Part shown: positions 22,801 through 35,300 of the stretch, piece after piece
Position numbering within the stretch: the first letter of the stretch is position 1
How the letters are laid out: each line of letters starts with the position of its first letter
Assembly: GCA_002633005.1 (NCBI GenBank)
Contig: NMRA01000288.1
Coordinates: 74,300 to 138,299, forward strand
Reading direction: 5' to 3'
DNA length: 64,000 nt
Source of the DNA: Phoronis australis
Taxonomy: Eukaryota > Animalia > Phoronida
The notes under the pieces: generated by a model
What the model saw: the letters and a program-made list of their open reading frames with translations, nothing else
Told to the model about the DNA's origin: nothing
Databases searched by the model: none
Position numbers and translations under genes: made by a program

Positions 22801-25800
22801 TAACATCATGGCCACTATGATCATTCCGCTGATTGTAAATTTAAGGTGTGGTTGGAGTGCAAAACGGAACAGCTGTGACTTTTACGTTTCCATCGCACCT
22901 CAGCGAGTTTAAAGTGGCTACCGGTTCAAATAACGGAGGTAGTTACTCTTACACTAAGTACAACGCTGGGTCAACTTTCAGTATAACGCTTAACAGAGGA
23001 CAAACGTACCAGGTGAGTCAACTGGGTTATTTACAGAAAGTTTTAGGAGGAAACGCAAAAAGATGAACACGTGATCAGAGGACAGACAAGTTTCTGAATT
23101 TTAAGTGACATTCATGGAAAATGACTTCTTTGTAATTCCTTTAAGTACAGTGGGTTACCCCGTTTAAAAGAAACTTTCGCTAATGTCAGGGCTTAAAACG
23201 ACTCACTAGCCTACTGGGTGCCATTTTTGAAATCTCAATTATAGTAGTTGAAATTTCAGCATGCTAAAATCTAGTGTCATTACAGGCCATTACAGTTTCC
23301 CTATGCGAATTAAGATGCATGCGCATTTATTCTAAACACTTAAGTAAAGCCAAAGAGCATGTGGAAATTGCGTGACTCGAGTAATATGCCTGAGTGTGCA
23401 TTTACCTACTTCACAATTAAAGCTCTCGAATGAACATGGGAACGCACAACCAGTCGGCAGTAAACTGCTGTAATTCGAGATTTAATGCAAGATTTCTGTT
23501 ATTTTTTGCAGCTCCAATCCGAGCAAGACCTGACTTCCACGCGTATCCAATCCGACAAACCAGTCGCCGTCATGTCAGGCAGTTTGCGAACTTCCATTGC
23601 CGTAACTGGAAGCTCAGATCACATCGAAGAAATGATTCCACCGACGTCTTCCTGGGGCAAATATTTTATAACATCACCTTTCGCTGAAAGAACTGCCGGT
23701 GACATATTTCGAATTTTAGGTATGACATTGTGGCAGTGCTTTAAGGTCATGCAGTACATTGCGTATTTAAACACATATCTAGATTTTAACTGAGTAAAAG
23801 CATTACTTTCTGAAAGTAGAAAGCCTGGCGAGTTTGATTTGTGACGGTTTACCAATCTGTCCTTAATTGAGTCACGAGATATTTAGCGACAAAAGCTACA
23901 GTGATTATAAAACAATGGTACCAGTAACATAAACAGTTTTCGGTGCAAATATTCAAGATGACACCTGAAAAATACTATTAGAATTTTCTAAAATATCATA
24001 TGCTTTTCCTTTATGCAACTTTAGATTTTTTTATGAAAATCATAAAATCATAGTTTTTAGTATCCCTTCATGCAAAGGTGGAATTCTTTAGAAACAAGTC
24101 CCAACTGCATAAAACATACCCTGCAAGTTTCATACGGCCCCGATACGTCATTTCTGAGAACTGATGTTCCTAGGTTAAACGAGCTTGGACATTTGTCTGG
24201 GGACCTACATAACCTTAAGTACGTTGATACGCTGGTGTTTCAGAGAGATTGTTTGCAAGGAGGCAGTACAGACGGTTTGTAAACCTAGGGGTGCCTTCAA
24301 ATCGATTAGAGGTTATTATTATCCTGTATGGTTTACGATATGGATTAAAATCAGTAAAACATTTTTACAGCAAAGATTTTCAAGTTTAATTAATTTCACA
24401 TGCTAAAAGAAAGCTGTCGGGGTGTAAGTGAGTTTCATTCTAAAAATGCTTTGATCTGTTTTGTGCAATAGTGCGTAATATAGAAAATGTTATTGGCGAA
24501 AATGAAGCAATCGAGAAAGTCGAGTGTCGTGACCACGTATCACCGTAACACTCAAATTTCACACAACAAAATGGCCGCCCAGCAATACCAATGCAAAGTC
24601 ACGTGGTAACCAATATGTCTATCTCCACGTGACAGATGATAGGCACTCCTGAAGGGGCGAGGGAAGTGCCACTTTACAGATGACCAGAATAGCTTTGTGA
24701 CAATGTAGACAACAGTCTCAAGAATTAAACTAAGCCAACCTGGACCTAAAGCGTCCATGTTCGACGATGGGGAAATGAGATCTCTAAAACATAAAACCAC
24801 GTGGTTTCAAAAAAAGAAACCATATGATCAAGTCACTGGCACCTGGATTGATGACCCAGTGGCGGATTTAGAGGGGGGGCATGCTCCCCCCCTAAAGCTC
24901 TTCAACATTCCATTTGGCAGATCGGGGTGCGAATGTCTGACGGGCAAAACCCTGGCCATGGCCCCCCATAAATAAAAATCTTGAATCTGCCCCTGTGACC
25001 GTACCCTGACAAGAATCCTTAGGCTTATAGTGACAAGGCACTTGCACCTAAAAGTAGTACTATGACGTGATGCTCCTTTCTCGTGATGAGAAACTTGCAC
25101 TGTGCAAGATGGTGCCGCGAAAACTTTACCACGCAGATGTATGCTTACTATAAAGAACCGTGTATATTTTCGGATCATATGTGAAAATAAATGCTTATCA
25201 TAGTATCGTGTTGAATATTTTAACAAAATGTTATCAAATGACAACCATACACAAAACGAGCAGTTATTGACAGCGACACCTGCTGACAATTTCGACGACA
25301 AAGAAGTTTTAGGTTGAAAGCTTAGAAAATTTCAAAGCGAATTTCGTTGTTCGCTCATTTCATTCTACAGTTGAAAACGTGGATTCGGGGCCGGGGTCGT
25401 GAAGTTATTTTGAGTATTTTCACTCTACTTTGTGCAAAGTCAGGATACATTTCCGGTGCTCGAGTAAGTTATGGTTCGTCTATCACTGCAGAATAGAGGT
25501 TACAAAATTATCAGTGGTTTCCAGCGCATACAAACTCATGGTGGTTGTACATGAGTGAAGCGTGTGTTCTGTCTGATTTGCAGTTTCCGTCGACAACACT
25601 GAGGTTCAACTAACGTCAACGTTGGACAATACCACTACGAAGGAGACGCTGAGCGTGGGAAGGTTTAAAGAACTAGATGTATCCTCCAATGAATTCTACT
25701 ACATATCAGCTTCAGAGCAAATAATGGTTGTACAATATTCCAAAACAAGTAAGAGTACAGGAGTTTTAAAACAGGATAAAAAACAATTTATTTCAATTAA

Positions 25801-26652
25801 TGCTGAACGAACCTATCTTACTGAGTTCTATTACCGACTTGTTGAGTTTAAAACTATATTTAGTTAGGACGGTAGTAAACAGTTAGTTAATTTTTTTATT
25901 ACAGGTGATGCAGACGGCAAAGAGAGTGATCCCTTCATGACTCTCAATGTACCCATAGAACAGTTCTCTAAAGACTACACTTTCGCAACACCGGAGGCCG
26001 TTCAAGAGCCGTATCAAAACTACGTCGCCATCACATGCAAAACTACCGAATGTAACCGTCTCTATTTAGACGGTAGTTCCATATCACAAGCAACGTTTTC
26101 GAAAACGTGGACGTCGATTCATGGGCCCCAAACACCCATGTCGGTTTGCATAGTTAAAATTAGTCACGGAACCCATACCTTAAGCCACCCCGACCCAACA
26201 GTAGCCTTTGGTATTCAAATTTATGGCCAGGTTAAGTTCGAATCATACGGCTTCCCAGGGGGTACGTTGATAGCTCCACTGTACGGTGCCTGCGTTCCGA
26301 CTAGCGTTGTGGTGAATGACGGATTTGACAACGACTGTGACGGTAGAATAGACGAGGAACTCGCAGACGGTCTGGACAACGATGGCGACGGAAATGTAGA
26401 TGAAGACACGGCGCAGCAGACAAATCCGCTATTTACGTCACCAACTACGACTTCAACAACTACAACAACAACAGTAGCACCAACAACATCAACTTCAACA
26501 ACAACAGAGTCTCCACTAACGACAACTACTACAGAAGCTCCAATGACAACAATAACAACAGGAGCTACAACAACAACATCCAAAACAACGGAGGCTCCAG
26601 TGACAACTACATCTACAAAGGGTGAAACAATGAGAACAACCACAGAGGCTCC

Positions 26653-26687
<35 letters not shown>

Positions 26688-28192
26688 CCGCAGAAGCTAA
26701 AATAACAACTGAAGCTCCAACAATAAGGATAATTTCAGAAGCTCCAACATTACCACTGCCAACAACAACAACAAACACTCTGAAAAGCGCAACTACAGAC
26801 CAGACCAATCCTGATGGGGTAAAGAATCAGAATAGCGGGGCAGATGGTGAACTGCCAGTGGACATTATTTTAGCAACTGTGATTCCAGGTGTTGTCGTGT
26901 TATTGACCACCACTATCTGCTGCTGCTGCTTGCTTGCAGCAATTAGAAGAAGAAGGAAAGAAAAGAAGAAGAAGAAACCACCTGAAGACGACGGGGAAGA
27001 AGAAGAACTTGATAAAAAGAACAATAAAACACAGAATGTGACTGTGAAGACAATCCCGAGCAAAGCCAAGAGCACCAAATCGCCTGTGGTCCCGATTAAT
27101 TTGGCTGCCAGTGGAGACGCTGACAAAGACGACTGGATATATTCTCGATCCGCTACGTCAAGTCCACGTACTGAAGTTTCGGAGTTAACTCCTCCCGGAT
27201 CGCCACTGTCATTGAATAACGTTGACACCTCCCTTCCGATCACAGAGTCAGACACCCATTCTACTCAACACCTGGAAATTGGTCGTTCTTCTGGAACAAA
27301 GGATTTCAGTAACCACAATAGGTTGATTTCTAACAGGATTTATGAAAGAAACTCACCAAGAAATGATCAAAACAGCCAATACAGAAACTATGGTTCGCCA
27401 CAACGACATGCCAATTATGATGATGAACGACGTGCGAGTCCCGCAATCAAAAATCACAGGCGTTCTAGTCCGCCACCACGTTCGCGATCTCCGGTGTATC
27501 CCTACCGTAAAGCACCTAGTATTTCCATGGATCCGCGCGGTAACAATCGTGATCTTGCGTACAAATCGAGGCAACCTGACGCTAGGCATCCCTCTCCACG
27601 TGGCATCAGATATGATACGCATAGAGAAAGGTCAACTCCCATCCCCCGGTCGCCACGCGGTGATGTTGACAGCCGTGGTTTTACGTACGACTCTAGGCAT
27701 ACGTCACTTCGAGAAAGGCAAACCTCTATCCGAAGATCGCCAAAAGCCTCAATGGATCCACGCGCTGATTTTGACCACCGTGACTTTGCCTTTACTACTA
27801 CACACCCGTCGCCAAGCTCTCATAACAGTGACACACGCAAAGAGAAAATGACGTATGCTGATGGTGGAAACTATTCTAACCACAGTGCGGCGCAATCCAC
27901 TGCCAGGTCAAAAGGTTACTCCACTTCGTCTCACGCTTCCTTCTACAATGTAAAACACTTAACGTATAAAACCACCGATCCACAAGCGAATAGCCAAAAG
28001 TTTAGCCTATCATATAAGACATCTGGTGGAACACTTAGTCATAAACCAGACTGGTCAGTGAATGGAATAAGTAATAACCAAAAGGACATGGACGAGTGGT
28101 GGAATGCCACAGGGGCTCGCGCGCAAGTTGCGACTGCACGCCGTGAACCGCTCAAAAAACCTGCACGGTCAGACTACTTGAATGGATTTTAA
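19824..28192 (+). CDS. FCGBP-N (IgGFc-binding-like) domain membrane mucin, paralog 1 (exon 2 not present in assembly)
   Basis: Exons 19824-19881 (signal peptide MALGIICLFILMRIHQSHE), 21292-21547, 22846-23012, 23512-23719, 25584-25748, 25905-28192. Motifs SCDAFLALPTDVLGKDY, LNRGQTYQ, SDKPVAVMSG, DHIEEMIPPTSSWGK, DPFMTLNVPIEQF and ESYGFPGG are typical of the FCGBP N-terminal domain; then a Thr-rich stalk, TM at ~26864-26944 and a 415-aa tail. Confidence 0.85.
21610..22547 (+). mobile_element. Decayed non-LTR retrotransposon (CR1/L2-like) RT 3' fragment
   Basis: GVPQRSITG, LYADNTALF, KYKYLGVMIDKNLSWDEHVDYVCK with stops/frameshifts; ends in an (AATA)n-like tail at 22511-22547; lies in the intron after exon 3 of paralog 1. 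Confidence 0.8.
22590..22825. repeat. (GAT)n/(CAT)n-rich low-complexity tract before exon 4 of paralog 1
   Basis: Direct observation; ORF 22691-22912 (poly-M/I) is a by-product. Confidence 0.8.
23810..24090 (+). repeat. Dispersed repeat also at ~28340-28580 and ~40945-41245
   Basis: Shared blocks such as agaaagcctg..a.tttgatttgtgac, aaacaatggta.ca.taacataa and tatgcaacttta. Confidence 0.6.
24857..24995. mobile_element. Small non-autonomous DNA transposon (MITE), 5-bp TSD
   Basis: Imperfect TIRs CAGTGGCGGATTTA / TGAATCTGCCCCTG flanked by direct repeat TGACC. Confidence 0.7.
25905..28192 (+). CDS. Paralog 1 terminal exon (end of FCGBP-N, DxDxDG repeats, mucin stalk, TM, Arg/Ser-rich tail)
   Basis: ORF 25937-28192 extended to the acceptor ttattacag|GT at 25905. 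Confidence 0.9.
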
Positions 28193-28900
28193 GGTCACTT
28201 GGGACCTTATCGACATGTTATTGTATTTACCCAAATATTTACGACATTTTTAGATTTTAACTAAGTAAAATTATATTTTTTGAAAGTCATTTAGGAAATC
28301 CTGTGAAATTTCATTATTGATATTTTAGTAATTTGTCATTAATTGAGTGATGTAACCATTTTTGGTGAACTTTACGAGAAAAGGAAGGTACATTGATAGC
28401 AAAACAACGGCATCAGTAACGTAATCAATTTTCACTTGATACAAATAATCAAGATGAAACCACAAAACCGCAGTTACACTTTTTAAAATTATTATTTCTT
28501 TTGCCTTATATGCAACTTTACATTGTTAATAAAAACATAATCTTCTACGTTTTAGCATAGCTCTCATCCGAAAGCTTCTTGTGAACCCCATCAGCCATTT
28601 TGGAGGTATACTGTATGATGTTCCAAAGAAATTTGGCCATTATTTTAAGGTGCTACATCACGTCAATAGGTTGATTGTAACACTGTTCATTTAAGATAAG
28701 CCTACAGATGTTTAAGTGTCCCTGAACATCTAGTGCCTAATATTTTCGTTAGTTAGTGCTTGTCGATTATGTCGAGTTTGTAAGAAATTGACAAGTGTGT
28801 TTAAAACTTTGAAAGTTGACGTGGGGCAGAACATTGCTTTGTTTCGAAAGTTTAATATTTATTCTTGTAGTGGATGTATTGGCGATATTTATACATCTAC

Positions 28901-28901
<1 letters not shown>

Positions 28902-28947
<46 letters not shown>

Positions 28948-28995
28948 TGCGTGCGTACGTGCCTGCGTGCGTGCCTGCGTGCGTGCCTGCGTGCA
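28902..28995. repeat. (TA)n-(TG)n-(GCGT)n compound microsatellite
   Basis: Direct observation. Confidence 0.95.
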
Positions 28996-31900
28996 TATGT
29001 TTTATCTACACCTTCCGAATTGGTCTACAGTGTCCAATTTTTTCAATGGTGGGTAATTGTTGTGTACGAAAAGTAGAATCAAGAAAAAACATATTTGAAT
29101 AAGTTGTCGCACATTAGTCTTTTAAATTCAAACTATGTTGGCATTCTCCAATAATTCATTTGTAAAAGCTTTTGCCTTCTTTCTGTGTACATTAGGCAGA
29201 TACAAATAAAATCATCTTCTTTGGCTCAAAACGAACAGACAACGCAATCGAAACCTTCTTGCATAATCAACATGGCAATCTTTCTCAATCAACTAGACAG
29301 AACACTTGAGTCTTGCCTTACTGTGAATCAGTTGCTCCGGTCACGACCTGACCCCATGTTGATAGTTTTTAATACGCGGATAAAAAGCGAACATGGTTAA
29401 CGTTACCGCTTATAAAAATGTTTTCAACAATCTGGGCATAGTCAGATTTTATCCGCTTAAGGCTTTTCAATTGAAATTTTCATTTGAAAAGAAAAAAATA
29501 TTTGAGACTCTTTGTTGAATTCTTTTCCTGCAAAGCATACCAGAAGTAGCGAGTGTTAGTGTTTTCTTGGATGTCATTTAAAAATCCGCTGCTTTAATAC
29601 ATTTTTTGCAATTCTTTCCCGATCTCAATTTCTTGCAACGATTACCAGAACTCCACGGTAAATGAAACGCAGACGTATAGTCAGCCACACCTGACGCACT
29701 CAATCCTTCAGCATGCCTACGCATGATTTACTAATGAGTGTGGTGGGGTCCAGTCCTGAGCCAATAGTGTAATATCTATGGATGGTTTGTAAAATACGAT
29801 AACACGATCTGAAATAAAGACGTCGTTCTAGTCACTACGTAAAAAGTCATTAAATCGAAAGTTGTTTTTTGACAGATCGATGTTTTACTGCACCTTTTTG
29901 ATAGTAATGTTAAACGTTATCGACAAGTCTATGTATTTAGTTACTTACGTAAATTGTTCATTTTAACACGGTAAAAGTATGTATTTTCTGAACGTAGTAA
30001 GTCCGTAAAAGTTGATTTGTGATTTTATACAAATCTGTCATTAATTGTGCCATGTCATACCAAAACAAAGGCATATACAACATGGCCAAATTTTGATCGT
30101 CAAAGATGAGATCTCAAAAACACTGAATTATAATTTTGTTTTCATAAAAATTATACACCCATGCAAAAGTGGAACTTTCAAAGAGAAATTCCAAACACCG
30201 TTTTGTACAACGGTGTATAAACCACAGTATCCGAAAGCTCCATTGCTGAGGATATGATGGTCTGAAGTTGGCAAAAATAAATTCGCAAATGTTTTCAGGA
30301 TCCTACGCAACCTTAACGAAATTCCGTTCCTCAAACTAACTTTTTGTCACTTTTAGGTACACACGTACGCTTTAGTAATGTTTGTCGTCTATAGCCTGTC
30401 ACATTTGAATTGATTCTTTAACCCATTTGTTGACATCTGGACAGTCAATATTTGAACTGTGCCTCACATAGAACAAGAAGGAAACGATAACATTGCTGTA
30501 TACCGTGCACACAATCACGACAATTCATCCAAAGATGTTACGGACATCCACTAATATTTCCACTATTGGTCACAAAACTAACCCTTTAACCAAACCGCTA
30601 TTTGACAACACTATGTACACGATTAAGCACGCATGTTTCTCCATCATGGGTTTGCAAATTCGATTCTGCCGAAACGTAATGTAAACATCCTCGCCTAACG
30701 CACTCCTTTTGAATTATGAATATAACCTCTCACGTAGAAGCACGATTCGAACTCAGCCTGAGGCATGCTTTTTTACAAATTAAACCAAGGAGTACGCAAG
30801 ATAACTTTTTTGGTTTCCATCAGTTAGGAACACAGAATCAGTCGAAAAAAGTCTCCAAAAGTACAAAAAGGACTACATACAGCATCGCAATTTCTACCCA
30901 TTACGTACATGTATGTGCATTTTTAAAAGACGAAGTAGGGTGTCAACCAAGACCTACGTTTTTTGAGGCACACCACTAAAAATTAATATATCACAGCTAA
31001 ATTTTATATCAAATCTTGATATTTAAAAAATGTTGAAAGAGAGTGAGGTTTGGCTAAATCAATTTTACTTCTTTTTTATTTTTTTAAACTGAAATGAGGG
31101 ACAAAGAGTATTTTTGTTCAAGTCTTATTTTCATTTTTTAAAATTATGTGCTTATTTTCATTGCACAACTTTTTATTAAGGATATGAAAATTTTCATTTT
31201 GTACACTTGTCTTAAAATTTTCCGAACTCGAGCACACGTATTGAAAGCATATTTACGAATGATATGCCTTATGCGTAAGCTAAATTCTGTTAAAACATGT
31301 TAACTCTTAGACGTATATAAACAAGAGGTGAACCTCAAACAACAATTGCAGTTAATGAGGGCAACAGACCGACCCGATTCCTACAACAAAATTCATTCTA
31401 CAAGCTCGTAAACGTCTATCTGTGAAAATCGTTTGTCGGAGACCGTCCAGCGTTTCACAGCACGCATCACATGATAGTTAGATACATCCCTCACAGACGC
31501 AGATTACATGACGCAGACATTCTTAAATTCATCTTTCTAATCTTACATTCAGACAGATAAATGATAAATTATGTTACATGTTTAAGAGAGTTTTGAAGCC
31601 CTCTGGGCTTGAATACGAATCATATAAGCTGGGATTCGCCATATGTTTGAACAGTTTCGATAATGAAAACCGATACTCGTCCTCGTAGCTAAGTTATTTG
31701 AAAGGACAAAAGGGAAATGAGTGTTGCCGAAAAGGTCAGTAATGTAAAATAAATAATTAAGCAATACATACAATAAATTAGAAGAGCTCACTTGTTCAGA
31801 TGAATATATGTAACAACTGAATACCAAATCTACACAAATGCTCGGAGACCTGCATAAAAACTCCAAATCTTTGTCATTTTAGCTCCGGGACTTAATTTTT

Positions 31901-32145
31901 TCCCATTGTGACATATGAGTGATACTTGAATAAACATTTGATCTAATCGTTGTCTTTGTCAACCTTAAAAGGATATACATCGACAGCTATGTCCTAGTCT
32001 AAGATTACTGTTATTCTGCCAACGTTTTGGAACAAACCAGTGAATGGCTGACGAGGAATAAATGTCATGATTATGATGTTATGATTACCTGGTGTCAATA
32101 TTTCGCGTTTTTATATACATTTTTCATATGATACCCCAAGACCGT

Positions 32146-32215
32146 CAATGACGTCGCTTCTTTTAGCTTGAACAAACAATGCTGTCGATTCACACACGCG
32201 CGCGAAAGAGTTGCT
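32146..32215 (+). promoter_or_regulatory. Conserved upstream block of paralog 2 (CRE-like TGACGTC + Fox-like CAAACAA)
   Basis: Aligns with 49381-49450 upstream of paralog 3 and partly with 19612-19651 upstream of paralog 1, each about 180-230 nt before the ATG. Confidence 0.55.
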
Positions 32216-32375
32216 AAGTTGCCTTTTTACTTTGCTGAGAAGACATCAAATAAACGGTGTTTAAAAGTTTGTGATAACTGCAATCAAATTAAAGAGTGGA
32301 TATGTTACCAGGACCAGCTACTGTACATGCATTTTTGCCTAGAATCTGGTGTTGCGTAAATTGCCTAAAGTGAAA

Positions 32376-35300
32376 ATGTGCCTGCGCTTTTTACTTCTGT
32401 GCGTATTCATTCTGAGGGAAATTCCATACTCACATGAGCGTAAGTACACGTTTGGGGGTCTTTTTCTATTCGAACTTCAAGACACTAGCCCATTAGAAAT
32501 CTCTAACATCAAACTCGTGACTGGGCCCATAAGAGTTCAAAAGCTTAAGAAAATAGTCTCCAAAACCCGGTAACTGACAAACTCGTTAAACTGGCAAAGC
32601 CGGTGGTGTTTTTTTGCCGGGAAGTGTTTCCACAACAAATCTCAAATATATAATTTAACAATGCAGATTAATGAACGTAATCTGAAATTCAAATGTTTTT
32701 ACTATCGTGTTATAAATTGTTTTTATTGTTTATTATAAATTGTTATTTATTTAAAGGAAATATAGTATACCAAAAACGTTTTTCTTTTACTATACATTAA
32801 TGAAGCACAAAAATAGTTCCAGGTGGCCAGTGAAATGGGCCCAAATGCGCAGCCTGCGCGTCCGCCTACGACTGTTTATTAACGCTTGTATTCAGCACTA
32901 AAAAGAAAATTATGTAATATTTTGTGATTACTCACCACGACTTCAAGAATTCACAACAGTTTAATTAGTTACTACCCATGTAAATAACGCATTGTTGGCA
33001 GAATTGCCTCAGTTTAGGCGACTATAACGGGAAGACTAATTCGATGACCGCCACAGTGTCTGTGTTTTGCAGATTTGTAGCAGACAAAAACCATAATAAC
33101 ACAAAATATCAAAATTCAAGTATAATGCAACGATAACTCAAAACTGCATTTTAAAAAGTTTACTGTCAACTTTTTCAAACGTAGAAGCTGCTATGTAATA
33201 CATGTGCGAAACACCCGGCATCAATGGACAGTTATTCTTTCAACGTTAGACTTGTAATTTGCAAAATGACCTTTACAGTTCCAGATAACAAAGGGACAGA
33301 GTTCATGATAGGTTTTGGAGAAAATTCGGCAATGAGTAAAGACCTCGAGCTGTTCGTAACTACATCGTACACAGGCGAGTCTGTCAATGTAACCGTCAGT
33401 GTACCGCTTAACGGCGCTATTCCCGTGCAAAAGGTAAGAATGATTTTTGTCCATTAAATCCACATAATGACAATTTTTAATACCGGGGATTTCAGAAAAT
33501 GATCCCTGGCAATTTGAGTCCAAAAAACACCCCCAGGCCATGCGCGCACCCGGGGGAGGGCTCGGAGGGCTCGAACGAGTGGGTAAAAATATCCGCCTCA
33601 GAGAAACAAAGTGGACGAGAAAACGAGACAAAAGTTCACTAAAAAGGCGCAGACGCACACTTCACAGACTTCAAGGTGGTACCCCTTATTTTGTCATTTT
33701 TTTTATTTAGTGCTCACGCTTTTTTGTTAGCAAAAGGTCCACTTTGTTCGAGATTCGAGCCCCCCCCATATTAAAGGCTGGATGCGCGCACGCAGGGTGC
33801 TCTTACGGAAAAAAGTCGTGGTCTCCTTCGTGATTTTGAATTGCTTACCACATGCGTAGCGAGCAGCTGACAAAGCGTTCTTTGGAAATTTGAAAGTAAA
33901 AGAAAATGCTTTGATATGAACAGACATAAAATCTTTACGAGAGAGCAAACCCTAAAAACCTGCTGAGTAGGTTGAATTCTGTTTCAGTGACAGAGAACAA
34001 CTTTCAATATTGCAATTTAGTTTGCTTATCGCGTTCCAAGCCTCTTTAAATTAGGTGTAAATGGCAGTACTGTACATTCAACTCACAGAGGATGGCGTCG
34101 TGGTGATTTGTTTCTACACTGATTTTTACTTCGGTCGCCTTCATTGTATCATGGGCTTTTTGGATCTTGTTTCCAAAAAAGATATCACGGCGACATTATG
34201 TTGATGGAGTCTCTTTCGGATATTCTCTGTACTCACAAACTCTGGCATACTAAAGGAATGTTTCATTTTAAGATCAAGTCAACAGGTCCCTCTTTCAAAG
34301 TGCCTGGGTTGCCCTGTATGTAATGACTCACCGTCCCAAGATTACTCTCTATTTATTATTTCCAAGGGTTCATTGGTTCCTGACATTCAGATTAAAGTGT
34401 TTCTACGAAAATTGACAAAAGTATGTGATTAATAGCCAATTAATTATAATTATAATTATAAGCCTTCACCAGTATAATTATAAACTAATCTTATAATAAC
34501 TGCAGAAATAACAAAGGTCATTAGGTAACTTTGATAACCCGAAATAACCCTTTAAGAAGTCTGACAAAAACTATATCATTTGTCATACAAGAAAAATAAA
34601 GTAAAATCAACAACTATATGACAATTGACATTGGTGTAATGAATATGATACAAAAAATCAATGATATATTTTAAGAAGTTTTTATGTTCAATCGATGAGG
34701 TTCTATTGTGTTGAGCTTGTCTACCCAATTTTGTTCTCTTTTGAGTCTTTGAGGGGTACTGGGGTGTTGGAGATTTTCTATTATTTGTACAGAAAGATCT
34801 TGAATATTATGGTTTTTGGAATTGCAATGATTACCTACAGCATCAGAAATGTTTTTATGTACTATGTTAAATCTCGGTTTCGTAATCTTAGGTTTTCCAA
34901 TCATTAATTCTTATAAGTTACTCAGATTTGGAAAACTAATTAAACAAAGAATTAAGTCAATAAAATTGGCTGAAAACTAATTAAACAATACAGCTTACTG
35001 AAAAAAAATGCAGCAATAGTACATAGATTGACACACCCCGTCAAATCACTACGCGGAAATTACATTTTAAAGGCTATCAACAATGCGTTAAATTTCTCGT
35101 AGTAACATTTTCTGCAGCAGTTGGTAAATCGAGGACATCCAGTCGACAAATATCAGTTGAAATGTAAGCAGTATTAGTTTTTTGCTGATTTTCTGCAACC
35201 ATTATTGAGTTACCATTTTAGAATCCCTGAACATGTTCTACAAATCCGCTACAAGATGCTGCACGAACTACAATTGAAGTTGTGATGTGTTTGTTTTTAA

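Noticed and set aside
26221-27255. Val-rich minus-strand ORFs (also 43920-45305 and 61332-63715)
   Set aside because: Antisense shadows of ACN-rich Thr codons in the mucin stalks.
28788-29102. Three overlapping Cys/Val-rich ORFs
   Set aside because: Translation of (TG)n/(GCGT)n repeats.
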